This document shows, piece by piece, positions 33,680 through 43,824 of a DNA stretch of 64,000 bases. The number at the start of each line of letters is the position of its first letter. The first letter of the stretch is position 1. The notes under the pieces are model-generated. The model saw nothing but the letters and a program-made list of their open reading frames with translations, did not search any database and was not told the DNA's origin. Both the position numbers and the translations under genes were made by a program. The stretch is taken from sequence record PX880102.1; one strand, 5' to 3'. This DNA comes from a phage.

Positions 33680-33898
33680 TTATGTTTTGCGACTAAATTG
33701 TTCATAGTGCTGAATTACCTCTCTCAAACATTTGCATGTGAATGAAAACTTTTTAGCTACACCACATTCAAATATATGTTCTCTTAAATCACATGTGTCA
33801 GTATATCCCATCTCAACAATAAAATGCCGTATTAGATTTTTATCTTTATCATTGAGAGAATTAAAATAATCGGATTTTGAATTAATTTCCCTGGCCAA
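33680..33898 (-). CDS. hypothetical Cys-containing protein (72 aa)
   Basis: ORF track. Confidence 0.45.
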   Translation of the reverse strand: MAREINSKSDYFNSLNDKDKNLIRHFIVEMGYTDTCDLREHIFECGVAKKFSFTCKCLREVIQHYEQFSRKT

Positions 33899-34178
33899 AT
33901 TGAATCACCTTCAGTTGACGTTTTAGTTCTTTTATCATTTCTTCGTTCATCGCAATATAAAGATCTCGTAAAGCAGGTTTTAACATTCCATTTACTGGAG
34001 AACTAAATGGACATACATAATCTTTTCCTACGAGCTTTTTGGTGAATTCCATATTACAGAACTGAAATGCCGGTTCATTGGCATAAATTCCCCAATTAGT
34101 TGACATCATTTTATTGGCATATTCCAGTGCCTGGATTTGATTCATAATTCCATCAATTTGAAACTTTTTAATATTCAT
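33882..34178 (-). CDS. hypothetical protein (98 aa)
   Basis: ORF track. Confidence 0.5.
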   Translation of the reverse strand: MNIKKFQIDGIMNQIQALEYANKMMSTNWGIYANEPAFQFCNMEFTKKLVGKDYVCPFSSPVNGMLKPALRDLYIAMNEEMIKELKRQLKVIQFGQGN

Positions 34179-34639
34179 TAGTAAAGGTCCTCAGAGTAAA
34201 GTTCTTTTTCACTACCACCGCGTTCAATACGTACTTGACCAGCGTAAGTTGCAATAATCATTGCTTCTTCACGTGTCCAATAATTACTATATTGGTCAAT
34301 AAACCCTTGGTCATCATCACAAACTTGTTGAGTAACTAATTGAGGTTTAACTACATCTAAAACTTCTGCCATATCTTTAGAATAATGACGAGCACCCGTA
34401 ATAACAAGAGTTCGTCCATCTTTTAATTTAAAACGATTAGCTGCGCAAACAATTCGTCGTTGATATTTTTGGTTTTCGTCCCAATACGCAGTCTGCCAAC
34501 AGATTTCAGGAACTTCTGCAAGAATATCTTCTTCTGTGCATTTATAACCATGCGCTTTAAATTTTTCAACAAGACTTTCTGGAGTTTCACGAGATAAAGG
34601 CACATTCAGCATTTTTAAACGATTAATAAATGGGTTCAT
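34178..34639 (-). CDS. hypothetical protein (153 aa)
   Basis: ORF track; ATGA coupling. Confidence 0.55.
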   Translation of the reverse strand: MNPFINRLKMLNVPLSRETPESLVEKFKAHGYKCTEEDILAEVPEICWQTAYWDENQKYQRRIVCAANRFKLKDGRTLVITGARHYSKDMAEVLDVVKPQLVTQQVCDDDQGFIDQYSNYWTREEAMIIATYAGQVRIERGGSEKELYSEDLY

Positions 34640-34965
34640 TTAAACCATCCTTTAATACGCTGCCACAAAGTTTTCTGTTGAGCTTTATTAACACCAATTG
34701 AACGAATAACTGGTTGAGATTCCTGGAATTCTTTATAATCGGCAAGGTAAATTTCGTAAGCTGCATCAGTAAATGAACTTATCGCTGCCATAAAATTATT
34801 GCGAATACCTACTGGAGCATCTTTACTTTCACGAATAATCATGTATTTACCAGTCTTAATCTTTACGATAGTTCCAAGATAAGCTCCGTGGTACCAAATA
34901 TCCCAACCCTCTTGAGTAGGTTCTGCGCAACGACGAAGTTCATTAACAATTTCTAACTTGTTCAT
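34636..34965 (-). CDS. hypothetical protein (109 aa)
   Basis: ORF track. Confidence 0.5.
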   Translation of the reverse strand: MNKLEIVNELRRCAEPTQEGWDIWYHGAYLGTIVKIKTGKYMIIRESKDAPVGIRNNFMAAISSFTDAAYEIYLADYKEFQESQPVIRSIGVNKAQQKTLWQRIKGWFK

Positions 34966-34975
34966 TATTTATTCC

Positions 34976-35611
34976 TCACAGTTCAGATGCTACAGTGATT
35001 ACTGCTTCAATGTTTTCTGCCGAACGTTTAATGTCAAGATACACATTACCGTTTTTAGCGATTTTACATGACATTCCGATGTCAGTAAATTTCTGAATAT
35101 GATGTTCCATCATTTTGTATCCAAAAATTCGCATATTTCCATTGTTGTTAATTTCAAAATTGCGAATTCCGTGAGTGCGTTTTTCTAAAATAGCGAGATA
35201 GTTACTGCGATAAGTTTCAACCTTTTTAAGAACAAATCCATTTTCATCTAAAAGTTTTAACATGAGGTCTTTATCTTCTTCCATATCGGAAGTAATCTCA
35301 CGAGCTTTACGAGTTGCTCGTTTTTTCAGTAGTTCCGGAGCATTTTCCTGTGCGTATAAAGTTGCTGCATTTGAAATAATATCCTGAGCTTCACCTGTAA
35401 TGATTAACCCATCACCAGATTTCTCCACTAGGCCTTTTTTGATCAATACCCCAATATTACTATTAACTACTGCGTTACCTAAATCTGGATGCACCTCACG
35501 AACTTCTGCAGCTGTAATGAAATCTTTCTTAGCAATGGTAATTAAAATCGCAGCAGTTTTTTCATTCAGAACATCGTTAGAAGCTTTGATGATGTAAGTT
35601 ACTTTAGACAT
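34976..35611 (-). CDS. motA: middle transcription activator MotA (211 aa)
   Basis: 211 aa; position next to gene 52; early promoter and terminator upstream. Confidence 0.85.
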   Translation of the reverse strand: MSKVTYIIKASNDVLNEKTAAILITIAKKDFITAAEVREVHPDLGNAVVNSNIGVLIKKGLVEKSGDGLIITGEAQDIISNAATLYAQENAPELLKKRATRKAREITSDMEEDKDLMLKLLDENGFVLKKVETYRSNYLAILEKRTHGIRNFEINNNGNMRIFGYKMMEHHIQKFTDIGMSCKIAKNGNVYLDIKRSAENIEAVITVASEL

Positions 35612-35649
35612 TTTCTAATCTCCGTAATTCTGTATCAGTAGTTGATAGT

Positions 35650-35685
35650 TGTATAATACCACAGTATGCTTTGGTTGTAAACCGT
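35650..35685 (-). promoter_or_regulatory. early promoter for motA
   Basis: full conserved module with GTTTAC (35677-35682 rc) and GGTATTATAC. Confidence 0.55.
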
Positions 35686-35701
35686 TTTGTGAAAAAATTT
35701 T

Positions 35702-35732
35702 AAAATAAAAAAGGGAGAGCCTCGGCTCTCCC
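35702..35732 (-). terminator. intrinsic terminator
   Basis: GGGAGAGCC-GAG-GCUCUCCC hairpin plus U-run. Confidence 0.7.
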
Positions 35733-35737
35733 TAAAA

Positions 35738-35887
35738 TTACTGCATGACTGTGATAACTGTCATGATAACACGTTGAATTCCAAACGCAAGAAGACCTCC
35801 TGCTACGGCTGGAACAACACCTAAACCCGCCAGTAAAATGCTACCGGATACTAATGCAGCGCTTGTAATACCTATGAATGGACTCAT
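35738..35887 (-). CDS. small hydrophobic membrane peptide (49 aa)
   Basis: found by manual translation (under 60 aa); ATGA overlap with gene 52 stop; MSPFIGITSAALVSGSILLAGLGVV... Confidence 0.45.
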   Translation of the reverse strand: MSPFIGITSAALVSGSILLAGLGVVPAVAGGLLAFGIQRVIMTVITVMQ

Positions 35888-37212
35888 TTGATTTCCTCTA
35901 AATCTTTGGTGTATTCTGTAACTACATCAGTAGTTTTCCAATATTCGTTTTCTTCTTTCTTAGCTTTAGCTTCTTCAGCAAGTTTCTTTGCTTCATCAGA
36001 AGTCATATGAAAAATATTCATACCAACTAGTTTATCAACATAAGAAGAATACATATCAATTTTAGAAAGTTCTTCAGTCAGTTCTTTACGAGTTTTACCC
36101 TGCACGACGATTTCACCTGAAATTACTTTCTTAATGAAATGCGCCTTGGCAAAGGCTAAACGAAAAGCTGATTCAGTTTCTTTGATTTTGTTGTCAATTC
36201 GTTTTTGGACATAAGTTTTACGAACTTCAACAAAGTCTTTAATTAAATCAACTACGTTATCGTAAACTTGTAGTTTTCCTTTCTCATTAATAACCGTAAT
36301 ATTCTGAGAACGACGCTCAATCAACCCGAAGTCTTTCATAATTTTCGCGTGACGTTCTTCTTCGTTATCGCTCAAAGCGTATTCTTTGCGGAATTTAACT
36401 TTAAAGCCAAAACCATGCTCACCACAAGCATCATCCCATGTAATGAAGCCTTTATCTTCAAGTGGGTCTAAGATTTTACTCACATAAGTTTCACGATCAT
36501 ACTTATACGGAATCTCAGTGATATGCATTTGAGTTCGTGAAGTAAACTTATATGTTCCACGAATTTCATATTGCCCATCAATTTCAACGACTTCACCACG
36601 AAATTCTGGGAATTCTACCTTTGGTTTAGTTACTTTCTTTCCTTGAAGAGCTTGCAGTACAGCTTTCTTAACAGAAGAAACGCTATGAGGAAGAATGTAA
36701 GTTGCATAACCAGTTGCAATACCGGAAACGCCATTAAGAAGAACAGTAGGAATAATAGGCAAATAGAAAGCAGGCGGAATGTGTTCTTTATCTTGATGTA
36801 CTGGAGCATATTCAGTATCTTTATATACGTTATAGAAATTTTTACTTACACGAGCAAAAATATAACGACTTGCCGCTGCCTTTTGGACAGTACGAGAACC
36901 AAAGTTTCCTTGACCATCTAACAAAGGAAAGTTATTATTCCAAGTGTTAGCCATCAAAGCCCCCGCATCTTGTGCAGAGTTTTCGCCATGGTGATATCCA
37001 AGGTCAGCTACACCACCTGCAATAGAAGCAAGTTTGTGAAACTTATCTTTATTTCCTCGTGCCAAATCAAGAGCTCGAGCAATAACAAATCGTTGGACTG
37101 GCTTAAATCCGTCAATCATATTTGGGATAGCACGATTTTCAACCGTGTACATAGCATAAGCCAATGCTTCATTATCAATGATACTTTTTAAATCGCGATT
37201 ATTCAGTTGCAT
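35884..37212 (-). CDS. 52: gp52 DNA topoisomerase II medium subunit (442 aa)
   Basis: 442 aa; GyrA-like breakage-reunion domain; position. Confidence 0.9.
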   Translation of the reverse strand: MQLNNRDLKSIIDNEALAYAMYTVENRAIPNMIDGFKPVQRFVIARALDLARGNKDKFHKLASIAGGVADLGYHHGENSAQDAGALMANTWNNNFPLLDGQGNFGSRTVQKAAASRYIFARVSKNFYNVYKDTEYAPVHQDKEHIPPAFYLPIIPTVLLNGVSGIATGYATYILPHSVSSVKKAVLQALQGKKVTKPKVEFPEFRGEVVEIDGQYEIRGTYKFTSRTQMHITEIPYKYDRETYVSKILDPLEDKGFITWDDACGEHGFGFKVKFRKEYALSDNEEERHAKIMKDFGLIERRSQNITVINEKGKLQVYDNVVDLIKDFVEVRKTYVQKRIDNKIKETESAFRLAFAKAHFIKKVISGEIVVQGKTRKELTEELSKIDMYSSYVDKLVGMNIFHMTSDEAKKLAEEAKAKKEENEYWKTTDVVTEYTKDLEEIK

Positions 37213-37216
37213 AAAT

Positions 37217-37357
37217 TTACCATACTAGTGAATGTAGTGCCATAATAACATCAGAAATGAAAAGCACGACTTGAATTAATCCGAACATTACTCCATAATA
37301 TAGTGCTACCAATAAAGTAGCAAGGGCTAATGAATAGCCCAAGATTTTCTTAATCAT
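37217..37357 (-). CDS. small membrane peptide (46 aa)
   Basis: manual translation; overlaps ac stop; T4 52.1 position. Confidence 0.4.
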   Translation of the reverse strand: MIKKILGYSLALATLLVALYYGVMFGLIQVVLFISDVIMALHSLVW

Positions 37358-37508
37358 TAGTAGATAACAACACAAATGTTAAATATGCACACATACCCTG
37401 AGCTAAAGCTTGCGAAAACACACTGCTGGCATCAATACAGATAGTTAAAACACATGCTACTATCCAACAAATAAATGAAATAACTCCTAATAATTTTGCG
37501 ATATTCAT
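37350..37508 (-). CDS. ac: probable Ac (acriflavine sensitivity) small membrane protein (52 aa)
   Basis: manual translation; size and position between 52 and stp. Confidence 0.5.
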   Translation of the reverse strand: MNIAKLLGVISFICWIVACVLTICIDASSVFSQALAQGMCAYLTFVLLSTND

Positions 37509-37515
37509 ATTTTCC

Positions 37516-37596
37516 TCACTGGCGTCCGAAGACGCCTTTGATTTTAAGATTGTTACGATAAAACTGCATCACATGTTCGTTATGGAAATTACTCAT
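37516..37596 (-). CDS. stp: Stp peptide (26 aa)
   Basis: manual translation [26 protein letters not shown]; start overlaps ndd stop (TAATG). Confidence 0.85.
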   Translation of the reverse strand: MSNFHNEHVMQFYRNNLKIKGVFGRQ

Positions 37597-38054
37597 TAAT
37601 ATGCCTGTAAAACAAATTTAAAGTTATCAGCCAACATACGGTTCATTTCTTCAAGCGTTTGATACTCAGAATGATGGTTACGAGTAAACGCTAAAGCTAA
37701 CTGTCCTTTTCCAAATCCTGTCGTCAGAGGTTTCATCTTAGAAGCAGGCAGATAAAATACTGTGTATGGAACATTATTATTTGCAATAGTACGCGCAAGT
37801 TGAGACCGGCGTTGACGAATATGACTTAGAACTGCGCTGAATCCTTGCTTAGAACGTTGATTACCTACATAAAATCGTGCAGACACGCATGGATTACTAA
37901 ATGGACGACCATCTAATTTACTCACTAAAAAGTAAAATCCAGGTTTAGATAAAATGTCTTTATGTGGAGTTCCCAAAAACCACTCACCGCCCTTGATTGT
38001 ACCAATAACAGTAGCGCCCGCATTATTCAGATCAGTAACAGTCATATATTTCAT
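37596..38054 (-). CDS. ndd: nucleoid disruption protein Ndd (about 152 aa from MKYMTVTDL)
   Basis: ORF track 37596..38102 trimmed; size and position. Confidence 0.75.
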   Translation of the reverse strand: MKYMTVTDLNNAGATVIGTIKGGEWFLGTPHKDILSKPGFYFLVSKLDGRPFSNPCVSARFYVGNQRSKQGFSAVLSHIRQRRSQLARTIANNNVPYTVFYLPASKMKPLTTGFGKGQLALAFTRNHHSEYQTLEEMNRMLADNFKFVLQAY

Positions 38055-38114
38055 ATTAATTTCCTCTAAATTATTTTCTACTCCAAGGCCGCATGAATAC
38101 ACGCGGCCATTAAA

Positions 38115-38330
38115 TTAATCGTCGCAGTCGACGCTCAATTCCCAAAACTCTTCTACGGTATAAGTTTCAGTATCATTTTCAATACAGAAACGTTCATTAC
38201 TGTTATTTGCTAAAGTAGCGTTAACTGTCATTTTCTCGCTGGTGCTCTTAAGAGGTGAAATACGAATTAACTGATCACCGTTATCTAAACAGAAAATTTC
38301 ACCAACTTTTACATCTTTAAAGATTTTCAT
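38115..38330 (-). CDS. hypothetical protein (71 aa)
   Basis: ORF track; GAGGTGA RBS. Confidence 0.5.
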   Translation of the reverse strand: MKIFKDVKVGEIFCLDNGDQLIRISPLKSTSEKMTVNATLANNSNERFCIENDTETYTVEEFWELSVDCDD

Positions 38331-38338
38331 AATTCACC

Positions 38339-38449
38339 TCAAGGAGTATAAAATCCGAATGCAGTTGTTGACCATCCCATCCAATATGGGAAATTTGCAC
38401 CAATGTAAAACATAAGAATATAAAACCAACCGCTCAGTAAATTCATCAT
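38339..38449 (-). CDS. hydrophobic micro-protein (36 aa)
   Basis: manual translation; ATGA overlap with upstream gene. Confidence 0.35.
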   Translation of the reverse strand: MMNLLSGWFYILMFYIGANFPYWMGWSTTAFGFYTP

Positions 38450-38664
38450 TTTACACCATTCCAAATTGTTTCAACTACGGATTTTAAACCATTTTGATGA
38501 ATATCCATTCCGACTACCGCCATCAAATAGATTCCAACTACAACTGAACCTAAGGCAAAAATCAGCATGAAAATGAATAAAGCCGGAAAAATATTATCGA
38601 AAAACCATTCAATAAATGTAAAAGCACTGCGTTTACGCTTCATATTTTCCTCACATAAATCCAA
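38446..38664 (-). CDS. small membrane protein (72 aa)
   Basis: ORF track; hydrophobic core. Confidence 0.5.
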   Translation of the reverse strand: MDLCEENMKRKRSAFTFIEWFFDNIFPALFIFMLIFALGSVVVGIYLMAVVGMDIHQNGLKSVVETIWNGVK

Positions 38665-38764
38665 AGTAAACGTTTAATACATCAATCATTAAAACGATTG
38701 GGAATATACTCAAAACTATTAGTATTATAACTACATTCCATATAGCTTTAATAATCTTTTTCAT
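38651..38764 (-). CDS. hydrophobic micro-protein (37 aa)
   Basis: ORF track 38651..38860 trimmed; upstream codons are promoter leader. Confidence 0.4.
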   Translation of the reverse strand: MKKIIKAIWNVVIILIVLSIFPIVLMIDVLNVYFGFM

Positions 38765-38789
38765 TTTCTGTTCCTCCGTAGTTGATAGA

Positions 38790-38825
38790 GTAATAATACC
38801 ACAGAGGAACAGTCTTGTAAACAAC
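38790..38825 (-). promoter_or_regulatory. T4-type early promoter
   Basis: GTTTAC (38817-38822 rc), 18 nt, TATTAT; conserved CAACTACGGAGG leader. Confidence 0.5.
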
Positions 38826-38828
38826 TTT

Positions 38829-38927
38829 TTAAAAATATTCGTAATAAATGTGAATACCAATCACTACTGCCGAAACTTGTGCAACCCACCACGCACAAGC
38901 AATAAGTACAGAATTAAAAATTTTCAT
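38829..38927 (-). CDS. hydrophobic micro-protein (32 aa)
   Basis: manual translation; ATGA overlap with upstream micro-ORF. Confidence 0.35.
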   Translation of the reverse strand: MKIFNSVLIACAWWVAQVSAVVIGIHIYYEYF

Positions 38928-39010
38928 AATAACCTCATCACAAAAGTAAATGTTAAACAAATTACTGGAATACTAATTAACCAAACAAAACACCACCATA
39001 GTGAACTCAT
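38924..39010 (-). CDS. hydrophobic micro-protein (28 aa)
   Basis: manual translation; ATGA overlaps at both ends. Confidence 0.35.
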   Translation of the reverse strand: MSSLWWCFVWLISIPVICLTFTFVMRLL

Positions 39011-39270
39011 AGCTCAATCTCAGCGATTTTCATTTCATTACTATTAATAGCCGCTTTAAGACTATCTGAAAGAATTACATTCCAATGGTCATTCATATGA
39101 CCACTAACTAAGTGTGTAATTTCTTCAGGAGTTGAAAAATAAGGCGTATCAGACTCCCAATGCGATAGTCCCAAGCGAGTATAAATCATACCTTCATCAT
39201 CGCTAGAATATTCAACTGACACAAACTCATCAGTTATTTTATGTTTAGCATAATAAAATTTAAATTTCAT
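39007..39270 (-). CDS. hypothetical protein (87 aa)
   Basis: ORF track 39007..39363 trimmed to ATG after GGAGG leader. Confidence 0.5.
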   Translation of the reverse strand: MKFKFYYAKHKITDEFVSVEYSSDDEGMIYTRLGLSHWESDTPYFSTPEEITHLVSGHMNDHWNVILSDSLKAAINSNEMKIAEIEL

Positions 39271-39295
39271 TTTCTGTTCCTCCGTAGTTGATAGT

Positions 39296-39330
39296 TGTAT
39301 AGTACCACGGTCCTTGTGGTATGTAAACCG
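39296..39330 (-). promoter_or_regulatory. T4-type early promoter
   Basis: GTTTAC (39323-39328 rc), 18 nt, TACTAT; conserved leader. Confidence 0.5.
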
Positions 39331-39344
39331 TTTTGTGAAAATTT

Positions 39345-39902
39345 TTAAATGGAAAGATACCATCCGTTGTAGTTGCTTTTTCTTACAACCTTACGAAGGT
39401 CTTCTCTATCACCGATGAACTTCGGAGTGTACTGGATGACACCTGGATGAATTTCTTTAGTGTTGAATATAATTATACAGTCCGCGACTTGATGATTTAG
39501 AATGGGCCCTAGATTTATTCCAGAACCATATGGATACTCTCCGCTGCATCCCGTTGTTACCGAAATCCAACGCGAGTCAGTTTGATGTGTCTTAACTTCT
39601 ACACGGAGCCCACAGTATTTTGGATGTGCTAAAACATCCCATGCATACGTGTACGGATCATCGACATCTTCTTGGCCTTTATTGACATATCCGCTTAGCC
39701 AATCTGCCACCACATACTCGGCATACACTGCGATACGGCATCTTTCGATAACTTCTGCCTTATCCTGATTTGGGTTTTGTTTTAAAGAGTATCTCGCAGT
39801 ATCAGCAATTTTGACCTTCATTTCACTGGTCAAATCACTGTTCGATAGGGTAAATGTCGGAATCTGAAATAGTCTCTGTAACCCCGGATTCGTTTTCTGC
39901 AT
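39345..39902 (-). CDS. denB: probable endonuclease IV (185 aa)
   Basis: 185 aa as T4 DenB; position upstream of the ndd-side micro-ORFs. Confidence 0.55.
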   Translation of the reverse strand: MQKTNPGLQRLFQIPTFTLSNSDLTSEMKVKIADTARYSLKQNPNQDKAEVIERCRIAVYAEYVVADWLSGYVNKGQEDVDDPYTYAWDVLAHPKYCGLRVEVKTHQTDSRWISVTTGCSGEYPYGSGINLGPILNHQVADCIIIFNTKEIHPGVIQYTPKFIGDREDLRKVVRKSNYNGWYLSI

Positions 39903-40164
39903 TTAGACTTTCCTTTTTACCGCTGAGATAAGCGTTATATACTTTAAGAGTACCATAATAAATTCGGTCATTTTCATCTAAAGACTCGAGGTCAAGTTCA
40001 TCGAGCTCCTTTTTATCCATGACTATAACATCATTACAGTAAAGAAACCCAAGTTTTTCGTGACCAAACTCAAATTTATTACAGTACACAATATTAGCGT
40101 GATGATTTCCGTGCAGTTTAATCTCTTTTATGTCGGAATCGCCGATATTCATACAATAAATCAT
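39835..40164 (-). CDS. hypothetical acidic protein (109 aa)
   Basis: ORF track; 68 nt overlap with denB start leaves one of the two starts uncertain. Confidence 0.45.
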   Translation of the reverse strand: MIYCMNIGDSDIKEIKLHGNHHANIVYCNKFEFGHEKLGFLYCNDVIVMDKKELDELDLESLDENDRIYYGTLKVYNAYLSGKKESLNAENESGVTETISDSDIYPIEQ

Positions 40165-40171
40165 AATTTTT

Positions 40172-40196
40172 CCTTAAAACAAAAGGGCCGAAGCCC
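40172..40196 (-). terminator. intrinsic terminator
   Basis: GGGCUUCGGCCC hairpin plus UUUUGUUUU. Confidence 0.55.
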
Positions 40197-40202
40197 TTTA
40201 TT

Positions 40203-40397
40203 TTACTTGAATTGTGCAATTCTTTTCTCTAGACATTCAGCATAAGATTTCATTGAGATGAACTGTGAAAGCAGCAGTTCTTGCTCAACTGTACTAACCG
40301 TTAGAAACTTCGTGCTTTCTAAAAATTTGCTCAGTGCATTAATTTTGAGCATTAATTGATCGTATTCTTCTTTTACTCGTGCTTGATAACCTAACAT
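40203..40397 (-). CDS. hypothetical protein (64 aa)
   Basis: ORF track; AAGGAAAATTATG RBS. Confidence 0.5.
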   Translation of the reverse strand: MLGYQARVKEEYDQLMLKINALSKFLESTKFLTVSTVEQELLLSQFISMKSYAECLEKRIAQFK

Positions 40398-40425
40398 AAT
40401 TTTCCTTAGTTAAGGGCCGAAGCCC

Positions 40426-41364
40426 TTATTTAAATTGTTCAGTAACGTCTTCAACTACTTCATATTGACAGGTACGCATTTTAGCATCGTTGTAATCAAT
40501 CGGAATTGATACTACATCACGCGGATGCACTTTAACTTTTACAACTCTACTGGTTGAACTACCAAAGTGACGAATATAAGATTTAGAACACACATGCAGA
40601 CCACGAGAACAAGTTTGTGTATCATCGTCATTCACACGAGTACGTGGCATTTTAACTACTTTACCAGGACTGTTATCAAAAGTATTTGAATGGCAGTCAA
40701 AGTAATTGCTGCGAACTACTTTCCAAGCATAGAAGTAGCCATCTTCTGTAATTTCAATATCGTTTGCTACCAAGAAATCAAAGAGTCGAGATACCGCTTT
40801 CTGGCTTGGGTTTTCCAGCAGATTTTCCAAGAACGGAAAATAAAATTCAAAGTTTTCGCCTTTTTCCATCGAATCAAGAATACGATCAACCAAACCAGAC
40901 CGCAATTCAATATTTTGATAGAACAAGCTTCCACCTTCAATTCGAACATCGCCGGAAATATATTTTTCAACAGCGCGACGAACATTAATTTTTTGTGCCG
41001 CTTCTTCTAACTTATCTGCTACGAGCAGATTAAGAATTTCCTGGAAGTTTGAATGAGTATTAGGTGTTGCATTATAAGTTACACCATCAACAGTAATCGA
41101 AATGAATTTTTTAGATGCATTCCAAATAATGTCAGATTTAGCAACTGGAGCAATAACTGCATCGCTATTAACTTTAACTGTAATATCACCGCTAATAGTA
41201 ATTTTAGAGTGTTTAGCTTCTTCAGCATTTTTCAAAACACGACGGATTGTATCAACCGATACACCTTGCCAATCAGCCAATTCCTGCTGAGTATAATTAC
41301 CGCTTGAATACAGTTTAACAATTTCAGCTTGTTCGTTTTTGGTCAGGCATTTAATATTGTACAT
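40426..41364 (-). CDS. rIIB: rIIB protein (312 aa)
   Basis: 312 aa; directly downstream of rIIA. Confidence 0.85.
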   Translation of the reverse strand: MYNIKCLTKNEQAEIVKLYSSGNYTQQELADWQGVSVDTIRRVLKNAEEAKHSKITISGDITVKVNSDAVIAPVAKSDIIWNASKKFISITVDGVTYNATPNTHSNFQEILNLLVADKLEEAAQKINVRRAVEKYISGDVRIEGGSLFYQNIELRSGLVDRILDSMEKGENFEFYFPFLENLLENPSQKAVSRLFDFLVANDIEITEDGYFYAWKVVRSNYFDCHSNTFDNSPGKVVKMPRTRVNDDDTQTCSRGLHVCSKSYIRHFGSSTSRVVKVKVHPRDVVSIPIDYNDAKMRTCQYEVVEDVTEQFK

Positions 41365-41375
41365 AATTTTCCTTA

Positions 41376-43553
41376 TTAGGCCGCAAGGGCCTTCATAGTT
41401 TTAGCGATTTGGGAGACTTCATCATCGCTTAAAGAGCTGCGATAACCGATGAAGTCGGAAACAATACGGAATTTCTTGGTAAACTCAGCAACCATTTTAT
41501 CACTGTTTTTTGAAGCATTATTTGATAATACATCAAAAAGATTAGTTACTGTCCAGATGTCATGACCGATGGTATCTTTTCCACCATTAAAATATACACC
41601 ACGCAGTGAACTAACTATATTAGCGAGTCGTGTATATTCTTCAGAAACTTCATCGGTACTGAAGTACTTCATCATAAAATCTAGTTCAGGATGCTTGATA
41701 ATTTTATCAATATATCGTTGAGCTGAACTTGAATAACCTACATACTTATCATAATCTACAGCATCAAAAGCATCTACATATAAATCACGCAAAGCTTCAA
41801 AAATACATTGGCACTGACCAAGCTCTTTTACCTTTTTCTGCAAAAGCGGACGAATAACATAAAATTCATTAATGCCAATAAGATTAGCCATACGAATCAA
41901 AATATTCATAGATGGATGACAAAGCGATGTAGTACCATCCATAGAGAAAATATCAGAACGATGCATGTACGCTACATAACCAGTAATTTCATCTGCTTCT
42001 GATGTAAGTGTAAATAGTTCCTCTTTTTCCCATCGCCCATCTTTAATTTCAAACTTAAATGCTGTAGCAGCTTTAGGACGAGGAGCTTTACTTTTAACTG
42101 CCTTCGGAATATAACTTTTAACTAAAGCTTCAATTTCTGACAAATAATGAATGTTAACTTCATCACTTTCAAACATTGCCATAATATCAGGGAGTAAATC
42201 AATCTGCGATTCTACTTCCGGATTAATAAACAAAAGACGCTCATTATGATGAATATTCAAAGTGTTATTAAATTCTTTATCATCTAACGCATGCGCTAAT
42301 CCACGGACAATATTAACGCGATTTTTAATATTATCAATAACGATATTAATTTTTGTTGTATTAATACCGAACAGACGATAACTTGATGCAACGGCTGAAG
42401 TTTCATGACTTTGCTTAATGCGTTTCAGTCGAGGGTCAAGATTTACTTCATACACAACTCCTGCATTGCATAGCTTACTATCTGGTTCAAACATGCTTTG
42501 CATCTTCTTATATGACAGATTTTTAGTCGTAAATTTGACTGAATTACTAATCATATAATCTCGAGCAGAATATCCCATCTTCATCAATTCACGGTATGTA
42601 TGACGAGGAGATGTAGATTCTTTAAATCGTTTTACATCTTCATTGAATGCCTTCTCACTAAGCTCTTTAACACGCTCAATAATATTTTTACGAGTACGAT
42701 CATCTAGTGAAAGAGCTTCGCGTGATGGAGCAATATCAAGTGAACCCATTGGAAACTTAATGTAATTCACTTCATTACGGATGCTTAACCAGTTACGGTC
42801 TCTAATAACACCATCGATAGGATAAACAATACCACCGTAGATAGCATATAATCCACCACGATCTGGCCAGTATCTTTCTGGATTTACACCGTAATAATCA
42901 TCAAAATCCGGAAAATAATCAATTTCGCGGTCAAGACCATTAATGATAGCTAAATCTTTGAATGGTCGCATGATATAAGAAACTTCATAAGCAAAGTTTC
43001 TAAAGTCTTTTTCTTCAACTGGAACTACGATTTCAATACCAGTTTTATCATCTGGACCCATTTCTTTCACGAATGTAGGTTTAATTTGTGGACCATCGCC
43101 ATCCATGTAAGCTACATAACCACGAATTTCACCTTTATGATACGAAGTAATACTAAATGTATCAGTATAACTAAACGGAGATTTAGAACCTAAACCAAAT
43201 CCGCCAATGAAATCGTTAGATTCGGCTTTAGATGAACTGAAATATGAATTATACAAACCAGAAGAATTATCATCACCTTGAATATCAAAATCACTCATAC
43301 CCGGACCAAAATCTCGGCAAACAAATCGTGGATCTAAACGTCCAGGAACTTGAATGATAAATTTTTCAGGATTTCCATTGAGAGCATGGGCATCAATCAT
43401 GTTGGTAATCAATTCACGGACTACTGCGCGAATCTTGTTTGTGTACAAATCAGATGATAGAATTTTAAATACTTTAGGAGATGCTGTGATGCTAAATGCT
43501 TTTGATTTAGAACCATTACCAAGAATTGTTTCTTTTTCAGTGGTGATAATCAT
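41376..43553 (-). CDS. rIIA: rIIA protein (725 aa), GHKL-type ATPase fold at N-terminus
   Basis: 725 aa; N-terminal [10 protein letters not shown] Bergerat-fold motif. Confidence 0.9.
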   Translation of the reverse strand: MIITTEKETILGNGSKSKAFSITASPKVFKILSSDLYTNKIRAVVRELITNMIDAHALNGNPEKFIIQVPGRLDPRFVCRDFGPGMSDFDIQGDDNSSGLYNSYFSSSKAESNDFIGGFGLGSKSPFSYTDTFSITSYHKGEIRGYVAYMDGDGPQIKPTFVKEMGPDDKTGIEIVVPVEEKDFRNFAYEVSYIMRPFKDLAIINGLDREIDYFPDFDDYYGVNPERYWPDRGGLYAIYGGIVYPIDGVIRDRNWLSIRNEVNYIKFPMGSLDIAPSREALSLDDRTRKNIIERVKELSEKAFNEDVKRFKESTSPRHTYRELMKMGYSARDYMISNSVKFTTKNLSYKKMQSMFEPDSKLCNAGVVYEVNLDPRLKRIKQSHETSAVASSYRLFGINTTKINIVIDNIKNRVNIVRGLAHALDDKEFNNTLNIHHNERLLFINPEVESQIDLLPDIMAMFESDEVNIHYLSEIEALVKSYIPKAVKSKAPRPKAATAFKFEIKDGRWEKEELFTLTSEADEITGYVAYMHRSDIFSMDGTTSLCHPSMNILIRMANLIGINEFYVIRPLLQKKVKELGQCQCIFEALRDLYVDAFDAVDYDKYVGYSSSAQRYIDKIIKHPELDFMMKYFSTDEVSEEYTRLANIVSSLRGVYFNGGKDTIGHDIWTVTNLFDVLSNNASKNSDKMVAEFTKKFRIVSDFIGYRSSLSDDEVSQIAKTMKALAA

Positions 43554-43563
43554 AATTTCCTCA

Positions 43564-43767
43564 TTAATTCATATTACGCTTAATAACTTCAGCAACTTCT
43601 AGTAGTTCGTCTTTAGTTGCGGTGTCGGATTGAATTTTATCTCTAATATCTTTAAAGCGGTTTTTAAATTCTTCGGCTTCTCCCATATCGAAAAAGCGTT
43701 GAATGATTCTATATTCTCGATGAACTGCTTTATCAAAAAGTTCTAAATTTACTTTATATGATTTCAT
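43564..43767 (-). CDS. hypothetical protein (67 aa)
   Basis: ORF track; early promoter with perfect TATAAT upstream. Confidence 0.55.
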   Translation of the reverse strand: MKSYKVNLELFDKAVHREYRIIQRFFDMGEAEEFKNRFKDIRDKIQSDTATKDELLEVAEVIKRNMN

Positions 43768-43789
43768 TCCAATATCCTCATTTGCCCAA

Positions 43790-43824
43790 TTAATTATACC
43801 ACATCCTTGTGGTAAAGTAAACTA
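43790..43824 (-). promoter_or_regulatory. T4-type early promoter with consensus TATAAT
   Basis: GTTTAC (43817-43822 rc), 18 nt, TATAAT (43793-43798 rc). Confidence 0.55.

Noticed and set aside
33586-33705. 38 aa Lys-rich ORF overlapping the arn start and the 72 aa gene end
   Set aside because: Overlaps two better-supported genes in alternative frames with no clear RBS; insufficient support.
38651-39363. Long N-terminal extensions of ORF-track calls 38651..38860, 39007..39363, 48662..49204 and 2117..2548
   Set aside because: The extra codons are the conserved early promoter/leader read in frame (recurring ...LSTTEEQKM); true starts are the ATG after the GGAGG Shine-Dalgarno.
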